A DNA stretch of 64,000 nucleotides from Candidatus Woesearchaeota archaeon (GTDB taxonomy: Archaea; Nanobdellota; Nanobdellia; SCGC-AAA011-G17; JAFCDX01): positions 1,822 to 65,821 of the forward strand of contig JAFCDX010000004.1 of assembly GCA_017609465.1 (NCBI GenBank), in the 5' to 3' direction. A program made the position numbers and the translations under genes. Of this stretch, positions 16,985 through 25,306 are shown piece by piece. The notes under the pieces were generated by a model. It saw only the letters and a program-made list of their open reading frames with translations. It was not told the origin of the DNA and ran no database searches. Position 1 is the stretch's first letter, and the number at the start of each line of letters is the position of its first letter.

Positions 16985-19900
16985 TTATCTCTTTTTCTTT
17001 TTAGGTCTTGTTTCTTTTTCAACAAGGTCTTCCATTGAACTTATTTTTCTATTTCTGTAAGCTCTTGCACCAAATATTATTGCCAATATCAATATTAAAG
17101 CACCTAATCCAACACCTGAATACAAAAGTATTTTTTCGGTGATTTTTAATGGACCTAATTCAAAGATTATATTTCCTGTTACTTCAGGAGTTTCTTCTTC
17201 ATTATTATTTTCTGGTTGCTCAATTACTTGTGGTATATAATATGTACATGATTCATTTATTTCTGGTTTATTCTTATAACATTTATTTTCATCAATACAT
17301 GTTCTTGTTCTGAATCCATGTTCTGCTACACCTTCTTGTATTACAATACCTGTTGATTTACATGAACTCCATTCAGTACAGTTCCAGTCAGATGTGCATG
17401 ATGCTCCTGAACTACCACCAGATGAACCTCCTGAACTTCCTCCACCACCATTATTATTAGTTGAAGATGCCACTACTTCAATTGTTACATTATCACTATC
17501 AGTTAATCCAAAATTATCAGTTACTATTAATAATGCATTAAAGGTACCTACTCCATAATTATGTGTTGCAGTTATTCCTTTATCATCAATTGAATCATCA
17601 CCATCAAAGTCCCATTCATAAGTCAAACTATCATCTAAAACACCTCCAACATTTATATCTAGACTCCCTGAAGCATCAAAGTTTACTGTTAATGAATCCG
17701 TTCCACTGGTTTTGTCTACTGAAATTTGTGCTGTTGGTGCATAATTTATATAATCTGTTAATGAAGTACAGGTTGAAACTGTAAAAGTTCCTAATTCTGT
17801 TTTAATAGTACCAGAGCAAATTTCCCCATCAATTACATTAGCGTCCTGTAATTCAGCATTTAATAACTCTGAGTTTTCAATGTTCGAATTTGTTGCAGTT
17901 ACATTAAATAATATACTATTATCTATTGTAGATAAATCTACAGTTGAATTATCAATAGTTGAATCAACTATGTTCGAATTTGTTGTTGTTGAATACCAAA
18001 CATGTGAATCCATAATTGTTGACCCTGTAGCATCAGTCATATAGACATCAGATGGGTCTATATATAGATTTACACAACTAAATCCTGTGTATGTTGAGTT
18101 TATTATAGTACAATTATCTACATCCAAGGACCCTCCAGATATAAGATATAATGAACTTCCTTCGAAGTATGAAGCCCCAATGAAATTAGCTATTTCCCCC
18201 ATTATACTTGAATCTGTTATCTCTGAATTTGTCACTGTAGTATCTGGAATTTGTGATGTAAAGTTTAATGGGTAATAAGTTCCATAAATAAATGAATTAG
18301 TTACTGTTGGAGTTCCTATAGTTGTTTGTGTTAAACTTATATCTAATTTTGCAACATCATTCTGTGATGTAGCTTCTATTTGAACATCATAAAATCCTTC
18401 ATCTGCATCATTTATAGTTACAGTAAATGTAGTTGAAGCGCCAACACCCAATGAAATCGAGGAATCACTCAAAGTAATAGAATCAACTCCCCCTGTTAAA
18501 TCAGTGTATGTAATATCATAAATATCTGCTACATTACCTGTATTTGTAATTGTTATTGTATAAATCACGTCATTGCCAAGATCTACTGAACTTGATTGTG
18601 AAGCTGGTGAAAGGTCTATCCCATAAACAGATGGTCCTCCTGTAGCAGATGTTGTAAAACTGTATTCTGTTGATTCTGCTGAGTTATCGCTAGGATCTGT
18701 ACTATTTACAACATAATAATAAGTTGTTGAAGAAGATAATCCAATTAAAGATATTGAGTGGGATAATACATCACTTGTATCGTTTGAAATTAAAGTATAA
18801 GTTCCTGATGTTGTTCCATATTTAACTATCGAATCTGCAATTTCATCAGTATCCCAAGTTATTAAAGCTGAAACATCTGTTATTGAACTACTTTGTACAT
18901 TACTTATTGCTGGTGCAGTTATATCATCATCAATTCCATTATTATACTGTGTTAGTCTATTTGAAGATCCAGGTGTTGGTGCCAATTCCATCCATGTTCC
19001 TGATCCATCTGGTAACATTCCCTCTGATATATTTTCTATGCTTGAAGTATAGCTATAATCAAAAATAATATTACCATAATTATCTCTTAATGTTATACTG
19101 TCTCCTCCATTATTCAATGTAATTCCTGTTTCAGGTCTTCCTAAACTTAAGAAATTTCCAATATTCATAGTTTGACTTGGTATATTGTATAAATCAGTGC
19201 CATCTTCTATTGTAAATCCAGTTAAATCAGTTGAAGTTGTTCCTCTGTTATATAATTCTATAAATTCATCATTTGCTTCATCAATTCCATCAGCCAAAAA
19301 TTCATTTAATGCAATGTCACAATCTTGAACATTTATATTTACATTATCAACACTTTTTGCTCCATTAGTATCTACAGCAACAAAACTTATTGTATAGCTT
19401 TCTCCAGCTGTCAATACTGACATATTCAATTGTGTAGTATCTCCAAGACCGAATGAAGTTCCGTCACCAGAGGTTCCCTGTATTTTGTAGAACCATTCTC
19501 CTTCTAATACTCCATCTTCAGCATCTGTTGCAGTTCCATCAAATGATATATCTGTTATTGTGTTTGTACAATAATTGTTTCCATCCGCAGGTGAATTGAT
19601 TATTACATCTGGTGCTGTGTTTATTGTTATTGTTAAACTATCTGAATCTGAACTATCTTCATCATAAACTGTTAAAGTTACTGTGAAAGTATTTCCTCCA
19701 GTTCCTGTAAATGTGTGGGTTGGATCTGTTAATGAAGCTCCGCTTTCTACAGGACTTCCATCACCAAAGTCCCATTCGTAATTTGATATTAAATCGCTTG
19801 AACTTCCATTTATTGAATTACTTCCATCAAATTGAACAAGTTCTCCTGAGTTTACAATTTGATCAGAACCTGCATCAGCTATAGGATCAACATCATCTAT

Positions 19901-22900
19901 TATTACATCTGCTGAATTTCCAGTTCCAACATCACCATCAACATCAGTTACAGTACATACACCTATATATGTTCCATTATCCATGTAAGTTGTTGTGAAA
20001 TTTACTGATGTTGCACTATCAGAAGTTGCGACATTTGTAATTCCATTTCCAAAGTCAAAATTAAATGTTAATGGGAAATCTCCTCCAACAGTTTCACATG
20101 TGTAAGTTATTGAAGTTGGCTCTGTTCCTGAAGTCTGATTTGCAGTAACTGTAACTGATGGTTCGTTGTTTCCTACATTAATTAATTGTGAAACAGTATC
20201 TTGTGAACCATCAATATCTGTTACTGTTAAAGTAGCATTATATAAACCATCAGACAAGTAAGTATGTTCAACACTTATGTCACTTGCAGTATTTCCGTCT
20301 CCAAAGTTCCATGAATAACTTATTATATTGTCTAATGGAGTTGTTGAATCTGAACCATTGAACAATATCATTTCGTTTTCTTCTGGTGCAGTATTATTTA
20401 CATTCATTACAGCAGTTGGGCTTAAATCATTCACAACTATATCTTTTGATATTGTGTTTGTTGAACCGTCTGCATCTGTAACATTCAATGTAACTGTGAA
20501 TGTTTCATTAGCAGCATTTATTGCTGTTGTTTGATAAGTATGAGTTGGATTTTGTAAATCACTTGTTGCTCCATCGCCAAAGTCCCAAGAGTAATTCAAT
20601 GGCAAGTCATAAGCTACACTCAAATCACTAAATGAAACCGAATCCCCTTCATCAGGATTTACTGGTGTGAATGTGAAATTAGCCAATGGAATTGTATCTC
20701 CAACAGCAACATTCAATGTGTCTGTGTCAACTGTTCCATCTGCATCTGTAACATTCAATGTAACTATGTAGATTCCATTTTGTGTATAAATATGATCCAC
20801 TAAATCTCCTGTTGCAGTATTTCCATCACCAAAGTCCCACAAGTAACTTAATGGCTGGTCATAACCTGTTGAATTGCTTCCATCAAATTGAACCAAGACA
20901 TTTTCTTCTGTAATTTGATCATCGCCAGCAACTGCTGTAGGTGCTGTGTCAAATATTTCAATATCGTGAGTTGAAGTTGCTACATCACCATCAAAGTCTG
21001 TAACTGTTAAAGTAACTGTGTAATTGCCTTGCTGAGCATAAATATTATTTACTATTTGTCCGCTTGCAGTATTTCCATCACCAAAGTCCCAATCATAAGT
21101 TAATGGCTCATCATAACCTGTTCCAAATCCTGTGAATTGAACTGTATCATTTTCTGTTGCATTATAAAGGCCAACTATTGCTGCTGTAGGAACAGTATCA
21201 CCAACACTCACATCTTTTGTAACTGAATTTTGTGAACCATCTGAATCAGTAACTGTCAATGTAACTAGATAAATACCATTTTGTGTATAAACATGGGATG
21301 GATTTTCCAATGTGCTAGTATTACCATCATCAAAGTTCCATTCATATGAAACTATTGCATCATAACTTGTTGAATTATCAGTAAAATTAATGGTTTCATT
21401 TTCCTGTGGATTCAATGGATTGTAATAAAAGTCTGCAACTGGTATTGCATCATCTACAACAATTTGCACAGTTGCGTTTCCTACATCTCCATCTTCATCT
21501 ATAACAGTACATACAGGATTGTAAGTTCCATTATTATAATAAATATTATTTGCTGTCAATGAAGTTGTGCTTGTAGTTGTGTTTCCTGTCACAAAATTAA
21601 AATCAAATGTATAATCAGGATTTCCATTTACAACATCACATGTGAATGAAACATTCAATGGTTCTGTCCCTGATAAAGGATCTGCTGTCAATGTTACCTC
21701 AGGTGCATTATTTAATACATCTATTGTTATGTTAAATACATTTGAAACTGCTCCTATATCATCAATTACTCTTGCAGTAACTGTGTAGGTTCCATTAACT
21801 AATAATTCAGGAAGATTGAATGTTGAGCTTTCATTATCATACAATGTTTCAGCATCTGAACTATCTTCAACAACATTCCATATCCATGTTGTTATCAAAT
21901 CACCATCTGGGTCTGAAGCAATACCTTCACAGTAAATAGGTTCCAATTCCATCAGAGTTGTTGTATCATCATTGCCATTGTAACATACAATGCTGTCAAC
22001 TTGCGGAATTGTGTTTGTTATGTTTACCAAGATGTTATCAGTATTGAATTTTCCATATGCATCTGTAGCATAAACAGTTATTGGATGTTCCCCTAATCCC
22101 AATGCATCTGTAATGAAATTCACGTCTGTGCTTAATACTGATCCATCAAATGCATCATCCCATTTCCAAGTGTAATTATTTACATCTGAACTTCCACATA
22201 CATCATTAGGAGTTACTATAGCATCAAATTCAACATCATTACCTAAATGATCTTCGTAATATCCTGTGTTTGAAGGTAAAGTTATTGAAACATTTGAAGC
22301 AACATGCTCTATAATTTCAAAATCAACATTTGTTATATTAACCGCTCCATCATTATCAGCAATAGTCAATGTAACAGTATTATTTCCTGAATCAAAATGA
22401 TTTGCAGGTATGCTGAAATTTTCCTGTGTGCTTAACAAGTTTCCTTTCCATGTCCATACAACACTTATTATATTACCATCATTATCAAAAACTGTTGACG
22501 TAAAGTCTACTGTCTCACATGCATCAACAAATTGTTCATTCATTAATGGAGTATCTATTTCAGCATTAGGTGCCTGATTTGTTACATTTATATCAACACT
22601 TACAATATTTTCTGCTGCATCACCATAACAATCAACAGCTGTCAATGTTATTTCATGCATTCCAACACTTAAGTTAGCAGTAATGTCCTCAGTATCTCCT
22701 ATATTTACTCCATTGTCCTTCCATATCCAAGCATAATCATTTACATCACATCCACAATCTATCAAGTCATCTCCGTCCCCTGATAATATAATACCATCAA
22801 GATCAACCAATACACCATAATATGTTTGTGGTATTTCATAATAATCTGGGCTTACTTCAGTATATCCTGTAACATCCATATAAAGATTTAATTTTTCGTT

Positions 22901-25306
22901 TTCTGTTGTATTAATAACAATAGTGTCTGAACCCATTGTTCCTTGATCATCAACAACACTTGCAGTAAAGAAATTGTTTCCAATAGGTAATACTGAATCA
23001 TAAGTGAAATTTTGAGCATTGCTTAATTGTGAATCTGTTCCATTAGCAAAGAATGCCTGCCAGTTCCATGAAGTTGGTATTACATAACCGTATGGACTGT
23101 CTGGATCATATGCATCTGCAGTGAAATCTATAGGGCAGTATTCCATAACATTTGTGTTTACTGGATTTGTTATGTCAACAACAGGTGCCTGGTTTGCATT
23201 AACATGAATTGTTACTTCATCGTTTCCTGTAAGACCGTATGAATCTGTTCCTATCAATGTTATTGTATGGTCTGCATCACAAGTTAAATTATCTAATGAA
23301 AATCCTGTTCCTGTTCCTATTGCTCCATCTTCGCTTGATACCCATGAAAATGATACTGAATCTCCTTCAAACATCTCATCAATGTCAAAGTAAGTTCCAT
23401 CAAATGTTATTGGCTCTCCGCATACAAATGTATTTCCTTCATTTGGACTTGTAATATTTACTGTTGGAGCGTCTGCTACAGGTAATACCTTAATTAAGAA
23501 AGTATCCTGGTCTGTCAATGAGCCGTCTGAGACTTCCAATGTAACATTTTCCTCTCCATTCCAGTTTGCCAAAGCTGACAATGTTGCTATATTATCTGAA
23601 CTTATGTTAATTATTATGTTAACTGCTGATAAAACACTCCATATTAATTCATCATCTGTATTATCAACATCATCAGCATACATATTAAGATTCAATGTTG
23701 TAGAACTATCCTCATCAAATTCTAGATAGACTATAGGAGTTATTACAGGTGCATCGTTTACAGCATTGACTGTTACTGTTATGTTATATGAATCAGATAA
23801 TAATCCTATATCTGTTGCAATGAATGTGATATTTTCCTGCCCGTACCAGTTTTGTGGAGAATCAAAGGTAACTGTTCCGTTTGCATTTATGTTAACACTT
23901 ATGTAATTGTCTCCTGAATATGACCATGTTACTTCATCATCAGGATTATCAATATCTGTCAAGTAATCATATAAACTCCATGAAGTTGTTAATGTTGTAT
24001 CTTCATCGAAATTAACATCTGGTATGTTTTCAACTATTGGGGCATCATTTACAGGCAATACTGTTATGAATGAGTCACTTGAATCACATAAACCATCAGG
24101 GTCGCATGCTTCATAAGTTATTGTAGCATGACCGTAAAAGTCCTGTGTTAAAATATAAGATATTGTGTTATCTGGATTTATTACTGCTGTAACGTTTCCA
24201 TTATCAGAATATGCTGTCCATGTCAATTCATCATTAGTATTATCAACATCTGATACAAAATTATCCAAATTAATCAAAGGATCTGCTGTATCTGGCATGT
24301 CTTCATACATTTCAACATTTGGTATTGTATCTGAAACAACAGGTGCATCGTTTATTGGTGTTACTGTTACAACAAAATCATCTGTGTCTGTCAATGAGCC
24401 GTCTGAAACTTCAACAACAACAGTTGAATTTCCAAACATGTTTGTCTGTGTGACACATTCTATGTATCTGTTATCATATACTGAGCAATCAACAATATCC
24501 AATCCTGATTCATTTAATATCCTGTAATCAAGATTTTCAACAGAAATCTCTACATCATAAGCATAATTCCATAAATCAATAAGCATTTTATTTAATCCTG
24601 AATCTTCTTCAATTGTTACATCTGTTAAATTAGCTATTACAGGAGGGTTGTTTAATTGTATTACATTTACCCTGAATATGTCTTCTGCAAACAATCCCTG
24701 ATTGTCTGTTACTCTTATTGTAATATCAGAATAACCAAATTGGTTTTGCTGTGTTTCACAATCTACCCACGCTCCAGTATCGTTATTTCTTATTGAACAA
24801 TCAACAACACCTAGATTGCTTTCTCCTATGATCTCATAAGTCAATTCATTATCCGGACTTTCTGCATCATCAACATAATCCCATATGTTCATCAAGTCCT
24901 GATTTAATCCTGAATTCTGCATTATGTCAACATCTGGCAATAATGGATTTATCAAAGGAACTGTGTTTGGTATTGTTACTGTATAACTTCCAACTAATAT
25001 TGAACTTCCATCATAAGGCTTCCAAGCTTCACATGTAACATCCCCAACACTTGTAGATCTTGATAGCAATGGGTTTACATTTGTTATTTCACCGCCAATA
25101 ACTCCAGAACCTTTCCAGTGGAAATTATATCCTGTGTCATCCCCATTTACATAACATGTCAAATTATCAGTTGTCAAGGGATTTGTTGGTGTAATCAAAA
25201 CAGCTGATGCTGACAAACCAACAGTTCCCATTAATACTATTAACAATAAGCTCATTATTCCAAATAAGCTTAAGTTCATTTTTCCCAATTTGTTATTTAT
25301 TCTCAT
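16985..25306 (-). CDS. giant mosaic surface adhesin (2773 aa)
   Basis: Signal anchor, then five ~100-aa 'VNDAP' cadherin-like modules and many PKD/Ig-like domains (W[DN]FGDG). A lamin-tail domain ('NEFLADGIDEANDEFIELYN'), FN3, a CARDB-like domain and an Asn/Ser/Thr-rich beta-helix-like stretch follow. It ends in a GS linker, the 6-Cys module, TPEVTG, a TM helix and a KKKKR tail. Confidence 0.9.
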   Translation of the reverse strand: MRINNKLGKMNLSLFGIMSLLLIVLMGTVGLSASAVLITPTNPLTTDNLTCYVNGDDTGYNFHWKGSGVIGGEITNVNPLLSRSTSVGDVTCEAWKPYDGSSILVGSYTVTIPNTVPLINPLLPDVDIMQNSGLNQDLMNIWDYVDDAESPDNELTYEIIGESNLGVVDCSIRNNDTGAWVDCETQQNQFGYSDITIRVTDNQGLFAEDIFRVNVIQLNNPPVIANLTDVTIEEDSGLNKMLIDLWNYAYDVEISVENLDYRILNESGLDIVDCSVYDNRYIECVTQTNMFGNSTVVVEVSDGSLTDTDDFVVTVTPINDAPVVSDTIPNVEMYEDMPDTADPLINLDNFVSDVDNTNDELTWTAYSDNGNVTAVINPDNTISYILTQDFYGHATITYEACDPDGLCDSSDSFITVLPVNDAPIVENIPDVNFDEDTTLTTSWSLYDYLTDIDNPDDEVTWSYSGDNYISVNINANGTVTFDSPQNWYGQENITFIATDIGLLSDSYNITVTVNAVNDAPVITPIVYLEFDEDSSTTLNLNMYADDVDNTDDELIWSVLSAVNIIINISSDNIATLSALANWNGEENVTLEVSDGSLTDQDTFLIKVLPVADAPTVNITSPNEGNTFVCGEPITFDGTYFDIDEMFEGDSVSFSWVSSEDGAIGTGTGFSLDNLTCDADHTITLIGTDSYGLTGNDEVTIHVNANQAPVVDITNPVNTNVMEYCPIDFTADAYDPDSPYGYVIPTSWNWQAFFANGTDSQLSNAQNFTYDSVLPIGNNFFTASVVDDQGTMGSDTIVINTTENEKLNLYMDVTGYTEVSPDYYEIPQTYYGVLVDLDGIILSGDGDDLIDCGCDVNDYAWIWKDNGVNIGDTEDITANLSVGMHEITLTAVDCYGDAAENIVSVDINVTNQAPNAEIDTPLMNEQFVDACETVDFTSTVFDNDGNIISVVWTWKGNLLSTQENFSIPANHFDSGNNTVTLTIADNDGAVNITNVDFEIIEHVASNVSITLPSNTGYYEDHLGNDVEFDAIVTPNDVCGSSDVNNYTWKWDDAFDGSVLSTDVNFITDALGLGEHPITVYATDAYGKFNTDNILVNITNTIPQVDSIVCYNGNDDTTTLMELEPIYCEGIASDPDGDLITTWIWNVVEDSSDAETLYDNESSTFNLPELLVNGTYTVTARVIDDIGAVSNVFNITIDVLNNAPEVTLTADPLSGTEPLNVSFTCDVVNGNPDYTFDFNFVTGNTTTSTTSLTANNIYYNNGTYNPVCTVIDEDGDVGNATVQIVVDDAIPVADFYYNPLNPQENETINFTDNSTSYDAIVSYEWNFDDGNTSTLENPSHVYTQNGIYLVTLTVTDSDGSQNSVTKDVSVGDTVPTAAIVGLYNATENDTVQFTGFGTGYDEPLTYDWDFGDGNTASGQIVNNIYAQQGNYTVTLTVTDFDGDVATSTHDIEIFDTAPTAVAGDDQITEENVLVQFDGSNSTGYDQPLSYLWDFGDGNTATGDLVDHIYTQNGIYIVTLNVTDADGTVDTDTLNVAVGDTIPLANFTFTPVNPDEGDSVSFSDLSVAYDLPLNYSWDFGDGATSDLQNPTHTYQTTAINAANETFTVTLNVTDADGSTNTISKDIVVNDLSPTAVMNVNNTAPEENEMILFNGSDSTTPLDNIISYSWNFGDGNTASDISVEHTYLSDGLYNATLTVTDIDGSQDTVSQLINVGNNEPSVTVTANQTSGTEPTSITYTCETVGGDFPLTFNFDFGNGITNVATSDSATSVNFTTTYMDNGTYIGVCTVTDVDGDVGTGNSADVIIDDVDPIADAGSDQIVNSGELVQFDGSNSINGSSSDLISNYEWDFGDGSPVESGASLTDPTHTFTGTGGNTFTVTLTVYDEDSSDSDSLTITINTAPDVIINSPADGNNYCTNTITDISFDGTATDAEDGVLEGEWFYKIQGTSGDGTSFGLGDTTQLNMSVLTAGESYTISFVAVDTNGAKSVDNVNINVQDCDIALNEFLADGIDEANDEFIELYNRGTTSTDLTGFTIEDGTDLYNIPSQTMNIGNFLSLGRPETGITLNNGGDSITLRDNYGNIIFDYSYTSSIENISEGMLPDGSGTWMELAPTPGSSNRLTQYNNGIDDDITAPAISNVQSSSITDVSALITWDTDEIADSIVKYGTTSGTYTLISNDTSDVLSHSISLIGLSSSTTYYYVVNSTDPSDNSAESTEYSFTTSATGGPSVYGIDLSPASQSSSVDLGNDVIYTITITNTGNVADIYDITYTDLTGGVDSITLSDSSISLGVGASTTFTVTINDADEGFYDVQIEATSQNDVAKLDISLTQTTIGTPTVTNSFIYGTYYPLNFTSQIPDTTVTNSEITDSSIMGEIANFIGASYFEGSSLYLISGGSLDVDNCTIINSTYTGFSCVNLYIDPSDVYMTDATGSTIMDSHVWYSTTTNSNIVDSTIDNSTVDLSTIDNSILFNVTATNSNIENSELLNAELQDANVIDGEICSGTIKTELGTFTVSTCTSLTDYINYAPTAQISVDKTSGTDSLTVNFDASGSLDINVGGVLDDSLTYEWDFDGDDSIDDKGITATHNYGVGTFNALLIVTDNFGLTDSDNVTIEVVASSTNNNGGGGSSGGSSGGSSGASCTSDWNCTEWSSCKSTGIVIQEGVAEHGFRTRTCIDENKCYKNKPEINESCTYYIPQVIEQPENNNEEETPEVTGNIIFELGPLKITEKILLYSGVGLGALILILAIIFGARAYRNRKISSMEDLVEKETRPKKKKR
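17174..17191 (-). other. TPEVTG motif codons (copy 1 of 4)
   Basis: The + strand tcctgttacttcaggagt is the reverse complement of T-P-E-V-T-G. It is followed by a spacer, a TM helix and a basic tail. Confidence 0.6.
20130..21470 (-). repeat. tandem PKD-domain coding repeats (~250-nt period)
   Basis: The W(D/N)FGDG-coding string cca/gtc(a/g/t)(c/t)caaagt(c/t)cca recurs at 20295, 20571, 20823, 21075 and 21324. More diverged copies lie at ~19758 and ~17590. Confidence 0.7.
23465..24965 (-). repeat. five ~300-nt modules each ending in (V/I/N)(N/A)(D/P)(A/P)P(V/I/T)
   Basis: NNPPVI (~24640), INDAPVV (~24350), VNDAPIV (~24045), VNDAPVI (~23755), VADAPTV (~23475). Cadherin-like adhesin repeats. Confidence 0.5.

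Noticed and set aside
16985-17191. Calling TPEVTG a straightforward LPXTG sortase signal
   Set aside because: The spacing is P-x-x-T-G, not L-P-x-T-G. The motif lies 9-25 residues before the TM helix, and no sortase gene is present. It is kept only as an analogy in the finding.
17563-24527. Plus-strand ORFs in the track inside the giant adhesin gene (17563-17784, 18087-18275, 18883-19068, 20328-20534, 23239-23454, 24165-24527)
   Set aside because: They are fully nested antisense to a 2773-aa ORF with clear domain content. Their translations are low-complexity (Leu/His/Ser/Phe-rich) shadows of the repeats.
16985-25306. A diversity-generating retroelement targeting the adhesin or other surface genes
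   Set aside because: There is no reverse transcriptase gene in the window, and I saw no template/variable repeat pair with adenine-specific differences.
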